Source of the DNA: an uncultured Bacillota bacterium | GTDB taxonomy: Bacteria; Bacillota; Clostridia; Christensenellales; Borkfalkiaceae | Assembly: GCA_949282395.1 (NCBI GenBank) | Contig: CASDPE010000001.1 | Coordinates: 1 to 55,163 of the forward strand | Direction: 5' to 3' | DNA: 55,163 bases | In this document: piece by piece, positions 1 to 7,682 of the stretch | Layout of the letters: each line of letters opens with the position of its first letter | Numbering within the stretch: the stretch's first letter is position 1 | Program-made: the position numbers and the translations under genes | The notes under the pieces: model-generated | The model's database searches: none | What the model was told of the DNA's origin: nothing | The model's input: only the letters and a program-made list of their open reading frames with translations

Positions 1-135
1 CGAAATTGCTCCTGAATCTGTCCGCTTGGCCTCCTTCCATCTCGAAAAATTCCGTGATAGAGTAAAAATCTCCGAAAATTAAGGACAGGTTTTGGCACTA
101 ATTTTTTGTACGCTTGTGAAAAAAGTTTTTATAAC

Positions 136-261
136 ACGACAAAAAATGTCGTATTTGGGTGCTAAAACTTTTTCAAACCGGAAAGAAACCTTCCGGTTTG
201 GCTTGTAGAATTTTTCCAAAAAAATTCGTAAAGGTGCAAAAACCTTGCGAGTTTAAGGTTT
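136..261. repeat. Cluster of short inverted repeats upstream of rep (candidate origin region)
   Basis: ACGACA 136-141/TGTCGT 147-152; CAAACCGGAA 174-183/TTCCGGTTTG 191-200; GAATTTTT 208-215/AAAAATTC 220-227; AAACCTT 240-246/AAGGTTT 255-261. Confidence 0.6.
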
Positions 262-295
262 AAGCTATGCAAAAAAATCGAAGGAGGACAAAGCA

Positions 296-1189
296 ATGCC
301 GTACAGAGCAGCAAAGATCTCATTTGACGGGAGCCACTACATCGCCACCCCGAAAGAAAACTTCCCGCAGGGGCATAAACGACGACGGTCAATTATTCCG
401 CCAACGCCAAAAGAGACCGAACGAAAGGAACAGTTTGAAGCCGCTTACAAGGAGAGCCAGAAGTTACCCCGCAAAGAGCGAAAAGCGTATATGCGAAAGG
501 CTATGGAGGAAACCATCCCCGAAAAGGAGCAACGGACAGAGTATGTCGAACGGAACAACGAACGTAAAAAGACAAATGCCATCCGCCGAAAGGTACGCTT
601 GTCCAAAAAGGTAAATCTGCAAAGAGATTGGAATTTCTTTTGCACGTTTACGTTCTCGGATAAGTTGCATACCGAAGAAAGTTTCCGTAAGTCCTTGCGT
701 AACACGTTTAAACATCTTGTCGCCCGCAAAGGCTGGAAACATGTCGGCGTGTGGGAGCGCGGCGGAGAAAACGGAAGACTGCATTTTCACGGGATATTCT
801 ACATTCCGCCGGGCGGAATGGTCGGAGAGATCGTCGAAACGAAGGATTACAGCACTAAAGACCACCGTATGCAGACGGCGCACCAAAACACCTATTTCCT
901 CGAACGGTACGGTCGCAACGATTTTCAGGCGCTCGGTTCGCCTATGGAAGTACAGCATTCTCTCGGCTATCTGATGAAGTACATAGAGAAGTCTGGCGAA
1001 CGCCTGATTTACGGCGGCGATCTGCCCTCGTACTTCGTTTCCGACGTCATGGACGAAGACGTTATTTGTCCTTACGGGATAGACGATCGAAAAGCAATAC
1101 TTGCGGATAACTTCACCTGTATATCGGACGGGGAGATCATGGGAACGGTCAGCAAAGAAGTCATAGACAAAATGCCGAAGGCAAACTGA
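296..1189 (+). CDS. HUH-superfamily rolling-circle replication initiator / Rep-like relaxase
   Basis: RCR motif 1 FCTFTF, motif 2 GRLHFHGIF (HUH) and motif 3 YLMKYIEK (YxxKY); AAGGAGG RBS upstream. Confidence 0.85.
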   Translation: MPYRAAKISFDGSHYIATPKENFPQGHKRRRSIIPPTPKETERKEQFEAAYKESQKLPRKERKAYMRKAMEETIPEKEQRTEYVERNNERKKTNAIRRKVRLSKKVNLQRDWNFFCTFTFSDKLHTEESFRKSLRNTFKHLVARKGWKHVGVWERGGENGRLHFHGIFYIPPGGMVGEIVETKDYSTKDHRMQTAHQNTYFLERYGRNDFQALGSPMEVQHSLGYLMKYIEKSGERLIYGGDLPSYFVSDVMDEDVICPYGIDDRKAILADNFTCISDGEIMGTVSKEVIDKMPKAN

Positions 1190-1190
1190 A

Positions 1191-1382
1191 TTTACCTTTC
1201 GTCCGTGGAGCGTAAACGATTGTGTCCGCCCTGTCAAGGGAAAATATTTTGCGAATGACAGCAAAGAGAATTAGCGGCGACACAAAATATTTTCTTGTCC
1301 CTTGACAGCGTATTCCGCGTAATGGAGTTTTCTGGACACCGAACGGCCGCAATCGTTTATTTCCGCTCCGCCGAAAGGTAAA
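1191..1382. repeat. Long nested imperfect inverted repeat (structured DNA/RNA element)
   Basis: Six nested complementary segment pairs, e.g. TTTACCTTTCG/CGAAAGGTAAA, TAAACGATTG/CAATCGTTTA, CTGTCAAGGGA/TCCCTTGACAG. Confidence 0.85.
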
Positions 1383-1421
1383 CCAAAATAAAAAATTTCA
1401 AATCACATGGAGGTTAGAAAA

Positions 1422-1616
1422 ATGAACGCAGTACAAAAAGCATTTTACAGTGGTGAGGATTACGAGAATTGTTATCTCTTCGCTCCGTCTATCAGCAGGC
1501 GGGAAACCGTGGGCAGGCAGACCTATTACGTCCGCAGGTATTTCCACGGCGGCAAGGATTTTGAGAAAACGATGAAAACCATCGCCGTACAGCGCACCAC
1601 TAAAAACGTGAGGTAA
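1422..1616 (+). CDS. TnpW-like small protein
   Basis: GGAGG at 1409-1413 favours ATG 1422. TVGRQTYYVRRYF..KDFEKTMK resembles the TnpW family, and it lies directly before a TnpX-like gene. Confidence 0.6.
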   Translation: MNAVQKAFYSGEDYENCYLFAPSISRRETVGRQTYYVRRYFHGGKDFEKTMKTIAVQRTTKNVR

Positions 1617-1621
1617 ACGAT

Positions 1622-3256
1622 ATGAAACAGAAAAATTACATTGTCGGACTATACCTGCGTTTAAGTAAGGACGACGAGCGTCAAGGCGAATCGCTGTCTA
1701 TCGATCATCAAAGGACTATTCTCCGTAAGTATGCGGAAGAACACGGTTTTACTGTCTATGACGAATACATAGATGACGGCGTTTCAGGTACGACATTCCA
1801 ACGTCCCGAAGTGCAACGGCTATTGGACGACGCAAAGACGGGTGTCATCAATACCATCATCGTCAAAGACCTTTCGAGGTTCGGAAGAAACTACATCGAG
1901 GTCGGGCAGTACGTCGATTATGTATTCCCCGCGTTTGGTATCCGTTTCATCGCCATACAGGACAACATAGATACGGAAAACCGTGACAGCAATGCCATGG
2001 AAATGATGCCGATCGTAAATATTTTCAATGAATGGCATGCCGCCAACACGAGCAAAAAGTTAAGGGCAGTCAAAAAGTCCAATGCGCTTGCGGGAATATA
2101 TAACGGCGCAAAATTAGCCTACGGCTATATGAAAGCAAACGATGAAAAGCATACTCCGCTCATAGACGAAGAAGTTGCGCCTATTGTAGTACGTATCTTC
2201 GAAATGTATGCTTCGGGATTGAGCGCAAAGAAAATAGCAGCTACGCTTACTCTGGAAGGCATTCCATCGCCAAAGAAATATGCGTATGCGAAACTCGGAT
2301 TCCGGGGAAGACAGGGCGAGCACGATATATGGTGTCCAACTACAATATGTCTAATGTTGGATAATATGCTTTACATAGGGCACTTGCCGCAATTAAGAAC
2401 TTCGTCCGTTTCGTATAAAAACCATATACGATATAAGAAAGACCAAAGCGATTGGGTGATCACCTATAATAACCACGAGCCTATCATCTCGCAGGAATTA
2501 TGGGACAAAGTACAGGCAAGACGAAAATCCGTAGCGCGCGGCAGGAAAACAAAGATAGGTTTTACGCATCCGCTGTCGGGCTTCCTTATCTGCGCCGATT
2601 GCGGCTGTAAAATGAAAATGAACACTTCGGTGCATAACAATAAACGCTCGTATTCTTTTAATTGCGGCGATCATATGCGTTTCGGTAAGGCGCTGTGCTT
2701 CTCTCATCATATTATGGCGAAAGACATAGAAGCCGTTATCCTCAATGACATACGGGAAATGGCGCAAAGGATCGTTCTTGACGAGAAGCAAATCAAGCAA
2801 GATTATTTGCGCCATAACGCAGAACTTGCAAATCAGACGATAAAATCCGCCAAAAAGACATTGCAAACGAAGCAAAAACGCGCCGAAGAATTATCCCGTC
2901 TGATACAGATTGCCTATGAAGATAGAGTAAAAGGCAATATGCCGGAAGATATCTGTTTCGGGCTGATAGAGAAATACTCCGCCGAGCAAAAATCGCTGAC
3001 AGCGGAGATAGAAGAAATAGAAACAAAAATGAAGGATACGGAAGCCACAATGCAGAGCGCCGATGACTTTATACGGAACATAAAGAAATATCTCGAAGCG
3101 CCGGAACTTACCCGCGAAATGTGCTATGAACTGATAGACCGTGTAATCGTCGGCGGGCATCCCAAAATCACAGGCAAAGAGCGTGAAATAGATATCGTGT
3201 ACAAAGTCGATATAGCCTCCGTTCTGCATCATAAGTTCAATAATCCCGATAAATAA
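1622..3256 (+). CDS. TnpX-like large serine recombinase
   Basis: YLRLS catalytic motif, DDGVSG..RP, VKDLSRFGRN, recombinase domain, CADCG zinc ribbon, coiled coil and DUF4368-like C-terminus (ELTREMCYELIDRVIV). Confidence 0.92.
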   Translation: MKQKNYIVGLYLRLSKDDERQGESLSIDHQRTILRKYAEEHGFTVYDEYIDDGVSGTTFQRPEVQRLLDDAKTGVINTIIVKDLSRFGRNYIEVGQYVDYVFPAFGIRFIAIQDNIDTENRDSNAMEMMPIVNIFNEWHAANTSKKLRAVKKSNALAGIYNGAKLAYGYMKANDEKHTPLIDEEVAPIVVRIFEMYASGLSAKKIAATLTLEGIPSPKKYAYAKLGFRGRQGEHDIWCPTTICLMLDNMLYIGHLPQLRTSSVSYKNHIRYKKDQSDWVITYNNHEPIISQELWDKVQARRKSVARGRKTKIGFTHPLSGFLICADCGCKMKMNTSVHNNKRSYSFNCGDHMRFGKALCFSHHIMAKDIEAVILNDIREMAQRIVLDEKQIKQDYLRHNAELANQTIKSAKKTLQTKQKRAEELSRLIQIAYEDRVKGNMPEDICFGLIEKYSAEQKSLTAEIEEIETKMKDTEATMQSADDFIRNIKKYLEAPELTREMCYELIDRVIVGGHPKITGKEREIDIVYKVDIASVLHHKFNNPDK

Positions 3257-3261
3257 CGATG

Positions 3262-3293
3262 AAGTGTATGAGCCCGCCGCCCATACACTTTTT
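3262..3293 (+). terminator. Intrinsic terminator after the TnpX-like gene
   Basis: AAGTGTATG 3262-3270 / CATACACTT 3282-3290 stem followed by a T run. Confidence 0.6.
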
Positions 3294-3340
3294 CTATACC
3301 CTGTTTACTACTCTTTTTATTGTGTCCATAAATTCATTCT

Positions 3341-4498
3341 TACTCGGAAGAGCTCTCGCAGAAGGTAAAACGCGGGTTAAGGGAATCGCGTATCAAGGGA
3401 AACGCTATATGCAACCGCGTTCCTTACGGCTGGGATAAGGTCAACAAGAAGTATGTTATCAACGAACAGGAAGCCGAGATCGTGAAAGAGATATTCCGCA
3501 CCTATCTTTCCGGCAGGACGATGGAACAGATAGCCGCAGACTTACGTGCAAGAGGCATCATCAACAAAGACAGACCGTTCAAAGAGAACGTCATCTATAC
3601 TATGCTCCACAACGAAAAGTACACGGGCATTTACAGGATACACGATCAGGTGTATGACAACATCTTCCCGCCCATCATCACGCAGGAAATATTCGAGCAG
3701 ACGCAGAAACGGCTGGCGCTGACCGCCACGGGCAAACATGTTCCCGACGTTACATACCTGCTCAGAGGAAAAATCGTCTGCGGGCATTGCGGCAAAAGAT
3801 ACGTCGCTTGGACGGGAACCGACCGTTACAAACATACGCGCAGGTATTACCGCTGCGATAACGGCAAAGCGCATTCCTGCAAGAGTATCCGCAAAGAGAT
3901 ATTGGAAAGCGTCGTCGTACAAGCATTAAAGGAAACCGTAGGCACGAAAGAGAAAATAGAGCGTCTGGCGGACGATGTTCTCAAACGCAGGAAACAATCA
4001 GCCGAACAGAATACCGAACTTCGCCTTATGGAAAAAGAACAGGCGCAGACGGTAAAGTCCCTTGCTGGCATCATGAAGGCGATTGAGATGGGCGTAGTGA
4101 CGGAAACGACAAAATCCCGCTTAGAGGAACTGGAACGTCGGAAACGGGAACTGAGCGAAGAGATCGCCATAGCCAAAGCAAACCGTCCCGACGACGTTAC
4201 GAAGGAGATGATCATTCAGTATATTCGTTATGCTTTCAAGCAGCCGCAGCAATTATTGTTCGATCTGCTCATAGAAAAGATAACGATATTCGAGGACAGA
4301 ATCGTCCTGACAATAAAAACGTTCGGCAGTACGTCGCCGGACGGCGGAAAACGAAAACACATTACAGCATACGTAAAGAACCCCGACCTGAACGATCGGG
4401 ATTCTTTTTATATGTCCGTCATCTGTCGCGAACCTTTCGACCACGCGTACAAACCGACTGTTCTTGAATTTACGGTAGATGTCTGCATTAGAGTTTAA
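3341..4498 (+). pseudogene. 3' part of a large serine recombinase gene lacking its catalytic domain
   Basis: The frame of the 3482 ORF extends up to YSEELSQKVKRGLRESRIKGN..PYGW at 3341, with an in-frame TAA at 3329-3331. It is collinear with YYSAELSQKVRRG in the 53078 LSR and keeps the CGHCG zinc ribbon and coiled coil. Confidence 0.85.
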
Positions 4499-4542
4499 TT
4501 CGCCGCGCCGTCTGCCTATTAAAGCCGCAAGTATCACTCACC

Positions 4543-4647
4543 TTATTCCTCTATAACTGTATCTGCTGGGGATTGATGTTCGCTGCAAAAGCAGTCGAAG
4601 CACAGTTCCAGCAATCTCTCCCGTTCGCTTACATTTTTAGTTCTCAT
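4543..4647 (-). CDS. Putative 34-aa small protein MRTKNVSERERLLELCFDCFCSEHQSPADTVIEE
   Basis: ATG preceded by GGAGA, directly downstream of a consensus promoter; below the ORF-track cutoff. Confidence 0.4.
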   Translation of the reverse strand: MRTKNVSERERLLELCFDCFCSEHQSPADTVIEE

Positions 4648-4688
4648 TTCTCTCCGTTTTATAAAGTAACCAGTCAATTTATAATTTT

Positions 4689-4717
4689 ATTATACAGACC
4701 CATCGGCGCGCTGTCAA
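4689..4717 (-). promoter_or_regulatory. Perfect-consensus sigma70/sigmaA promoter
   Basis: Minus strand TTGACA (4717-4712), 17 nt spacer, TATAAT (4694-4689). Confidence 0.75.
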
Positions 4718-4752
4718 CCCGTTTCCCGAATTCTCTCCCGCAAAAACCGATG

Positions 4753-4785
4753 CAGGGTACGCGCCGGGGCGCGTACCCTGTTTTT
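4753..4785. terminator. Intrinsic terminator hairpin at the end of the GC-rich operon
   Basis: 12-bp stem CAGGGTACGCGC/GCGCGTACCCTG with a T run on + and a nearby T run on -. Confidence 0.7.
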
Positions 4786-4936
4786 CATTTCCATCGTTCT
4801 GTGTTTATCTTTTCGGCGCAGCACGCCGTATCTGACTTCCGCAAATTCTCCCACCGGCATAACAAGACGCCGGAAACAGACTTCCGGAAGAAACTTTATT
4901 CTTGTTTCTCCGCAGGCAGCGCTGCTTTCGCGTCCT

Positions 4937-5911
4937 TCATCTCTGCACGCGCCCGCCGTTCCCTCCGGACAAAAACGCATACACGTCCGCTTCCTTCGCG
5001 TAACTGAAATCGCCGTCCGTGCTGTGTTTCAGAGCGCCGACCGCGGCGGCAAAGCTCGCCGTTTCCGCAAGCCCCTTCCCCGTTTTATACGCATGGATGA
5101 GCCCTGCGAACATCGCATCGCCGCAGCCGAGGCGATCCACGATATCCAGCTCGTACATCGGCGAAGCATACGTTCCCTCTCTGCCGCACAGCACGACGCC
5201 GTACTGCGTGCGCGTTGCCGAAAGCATACGGCGCTTTGCATGCACAAACAGCTCGATGCCAAACCGCCGGCGCAGCCTTGCGTCCGTTTCTTCAAGCGGC
5301 TCGCCTTCCTCGGCGAAAAGATCTTCCGCTCCCGCACACACCTTCACATAGGGCAGGAGCGTTTCCATCGCTTTCCGCGCCCGTTCCTTGCTCCAAAGAG
5401 CGGCGCGGTAGTTTACGTCGCAGGAGACGCAGATCCCCATTCCCGCCGCCGCCTTTGCCGCCGTAAGGAGAATGGCAGGCATTTCTCCGCCGAGAGCGGG
5501 GGTGATCCCGCTGAAATGGAACCAGTCCGCATCGGCAAAAATCTCCTCCCAGTCGTACTCCTCTGCCTTTGAAAGAGCAAAAACCGATCCTGCGCGGTCA
5601 TACACGACCCGTGCGGAACGCGCTCCCGCGCCTTTTTCATAGTAGTAGAGCCCCATCCGCCCCTCTGCAGGCAGAAAAAACCGCGTGTCCACCCCGAAGG
5701 CACGGAGGCGCTGCACCGAGGCTTCCCCTATCGGATTTTGCGCATATTTACTGACGAACGCGCTCTCATTGCCTAAATTTTTAAGCGCAACGGCAACATT
5801 TGCCTCCGCGCCGGCAAAAGAAACGTTCAGGTCGTTCGCCTGCCGCAACAGAAGGGACGCGGGCGGCGTAAGGCGGAGCATCAATTCGCCGAAACAGACC
5901 GTTTTGCCCAT
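4937..5911 (-). CDS. kdgK: PfkB-family 2-keto-3-deoxy-sugar-acid kinase (KdgK-like)
   Basis: VCFGELMLRL, AGAEANVA, FHFSGITPAL, DVNYR..LW and VDRLGCGDA motifs; adjacent to an Eda-like aldolase. Confidence 0.85.
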   Translation of the reverse strand: MGKTVCFGELMLRLTPPASLLLRQANDLNVSFAGAEANVAVALKNLGNESAFVSKYAQNPIGEASVQRLRAFGVDTRFFLPAEGRMGLYYYEKGAGARSARVVYDRAGSVFALSKAEEYDWEEIFADADWFHFSGITPALGGEMPAILLTAAKAAAGMGICVSCDVNYRAALWSKERARKAMETLLPYVKVCAGAEDLFAEEGEPLEETDARLRRRFGIELFVHAKRRMLSATRTQYGVVLCGREGTYASPMYELDIVDRLGCGDAMFAGLIHAYKTGKGLAETASFAAAVGALKHSTDGDFSYAKEADVYAFLSGGNGGRVQR

Positions 5912-5912
5912 T

Positions 5913-6530
5913 TCATGCCTCGCCTGCGATCGTTTTCAGCCGCGCGGCTTTGGCGCGCACCTCTTCTGCGGACCCGCTGCACAGCGCGCCGCCGACGCCG
6001 AGCGCGAAGGCGCCCGCACGCAGCCATTGCGCGGCGTTCTGCTCGCCGACGCCGCCCGTGGGGATAAGTTCGAGGTTGGGGAACGGCGTTTTCCATGCAC
6101 CGATCGCGGCAGGCGTGAATTCGCTTGCGGGGAACAGCTTAACGGCCATGCACCCGCACTCCAGAGCGCGCACGGCCTCGGTCGGGCTGTGCACGCCCGG
6201 AAAGACGGGAACGCCGTAGCGGTTCCCCATCTTTACCACATCCGCGTCAAAAGCGGGCGTGACCAAAAATTTTGCGCCCGACAGGATCGCAATGCGCGCA
6301 CTCTCTGCATCCAACACGGACCCCGCGCCCAACAGCGCTTCGGGCAAGGCATCGGCAACGGCTTCCAACCGCCTGTGCGCGCGCTCCATCGTGAGGGGCA
6401 GCTCCATCACATGCAGCCCGCCCGCCACAAGCGCACGGCAGACGGCGGATACTTCCTGTCCGCTCTCTCTTCGCACGATGGCGATCACTTTCTCCCGTGC
6501 GATCTGTTCGTACACGTCTATCGCTTTCAC
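5913..6530 (-). CDS. eda: KDPG/KHG aldolase (Eda/KdgA family)
   Basis: IAIVR, LGAGSV, PGVHSPTE, VKLFP (Schiff-base Lys) and IPTGGV motifs. Confidence 0.88.
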   Translation of the reverse strand: MKAIDVYEQIAREKVIAIVRRESGQEVSAVCRALVAGGLHVMELPLTMERAHRRLEAVADALPEALLGAGSVLDAESARIAILSGAKFLVTPAFDADVVKMGNRYGVPVFPGVHSPTEAVRALECGCMAVKLFPASEFTPAAIGAWKTPFPNLELIPTGGVGEQNAAQWLRAGAFALGVGGALCSGSAEEVRAKAARLKTIAGEA

Positions 6531-6547
6531 CGTTCACACCTCCCCTT

Positions 6548-7666
6548 TTACTTGCCGTACAGCTCCTTTTGCGCCGCAAACGTATCGTGAAACACCGTGC
6601 AGCTCTCCCGCTGAAGGCTGCTGACGACCATTTGCAGCTCCGAGCCTTCCGAAACAAGTTTCCCCGCGAGCACATCCTCCGGAGTGAACTTCGCCATCAA
6701 AATTTCGCGGGCGGGATCCTCCACCCCCGGCACGCCGTAGCCGCGCTCACGGTCGTATACGATATAGATGAACCCGTTCCTCTCCGTCCCATCAGGGTAC
6801 GAGACCATGTTGCGCCCGTCTAAAAGCAGACCGCCCTTCCACGTTTTCCCTTCGTCTTCGGAGAGCAACGCCGTCAGATTGTTCCGCCCCGTGTAATTGA
6901 CATGATTGACCAGCAGCAGGCGCCCGTCCTGCAGGCGGCGGAGGAAGAAACGGCTGCACGGACCTCCCCAGCCCGTATCTTCGCCGGCGCTCCATTGCCT
7001 GCCGCCGTCCGAAGATTCGCTCACGCCGATCCCCTTATAGGTGCGCACATACATACGGATGCGCTCTCCGCTTTCGACGAACATATGCTCGTCGTAGCAG
7101 CGCGCGGGCATATCGACGCCTCCTAACCGCTCAAACGTTTTTCCTTTGTCGCGCGAACGATACGCAAACGCCAGACGCGGCTCGCTCTCCGATTCGGGCA
7201 TGCCTGTAATGTAAATGCCCTTTTTCCAGACGGCGACGGGGAACAGCCAATCGCCGTTTTTCAGGACAGTGGGCTTATTGAGCATTACGTCCTGCCCGAT
7301 CTTGAAAGGCTCGCCGAAGGTGAGCGTTTCGGAATCGGGGTCCTCGCAGACGGCGGCGTATGCGCCGTACAGCGCGCCCGGCATGACGGACCAGATGAAC
7401 CAGAGCCGCCCGAGCGGATCGACCCACACGCAGGGATCGTAACAGCGGAATTCACTTCCGGCATCCGCCGCCGCAACGGGCGCGGACCAGCTCTGCCCGC
7501 CGTCGTCGCTTTTGATGAGCACGCAGAAGTTGCCGAGCTCTTCGCCGTCGCCGCCGCTGTAAAAGGTAACGAACAGCCTGCCGCCGAGGGTGACGTCGAT
7601 GCTCGGGATGCCCTGCCATTTGCGCTGCGTATATTTTTTTAAAAGTTCTTTGTCGGTAACAAGCAT
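6548..7666 (-). CDS. BNR/Asp-box beta-propeller glycosidase, sialidase (GH33)-like
   Basis: Four Asp boxes (SDDGGQSW, SRDKGKTF, SSDGGRQW, SEDEGKTW); QGIP in place of FRIP; SYP near the C-terminus. Confidence 0.75.
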   Translation of the reverse strand: MLVTDKELLKKYTQRKWQGIPSIDVTLGGRLFVTFYSGGDGEELGNFCVLIKSDDGGQSWSAPVAAADAGSEFRCYDPCVWVDPLGRLWFIWSVMPGALYGAYAAVCEDPDSETLTFGEPFKIGQDVMLNKPTVLKNGDWLFPVAVWKKGIYITGMPESESEPRLAFAYRSRDKGKTFERLGGVDMPARCYDEHMFVESGERIRMYVRTYKGIGVSESSDGGRQWSAGEDTGWGGPCSRFFLRRLQDGRLLLVNHVNYTGRNNLTALLSEDEGKTWKGGLLLDGRNMVSYPDGTERNGFIYIVYDRERGYGVPGVEDPAREILMAKFTPEDVLAGKLVSEGSELQMVVSSLQRESCTVFHDTFAAQKELYGK

Positions 7667-7682
7667 ATCCTCTCCTTTTTTG

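Larger units (their letters stand above)
1..3340 (+). mobile_element. Right part of a small integrative (mobilizable) element: HUH Rep, TnpW-like gene and TnpX-like recombinase; left end outside the window
   Basis: Co-oriented rep/tnpW/LSR genes followed by a terminator. At 3341 the sequence switches abruptly into the middle of another recombinase reading frame. Confidence 0.75.

Noticed and set aside
1191-1382. IS200/IS605 end or omega/HEARO RNA
   Set aside because: No TnpA, TnpB or IscB nearby; the adjacent HUH protein has Rep-type motifs.
3482-4498. Stand-alone 338-aa gene as called by the ORF track
   Set aside because: Homology extends upstream of the GTG to 3341; it is a gene fragment.
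4253-4537. 94-aa minus-strand ORF downstream of the consensus promoter
   Set aside because: Almost entirely antisense to the LSR remnant and without recognisable features.
4578-4602. GTTCG-N18-CA as an att arm near the left junction
   Set aside because: Opposite orientation to the other sites, and no GCCA or hairpin context; plausible by chance.
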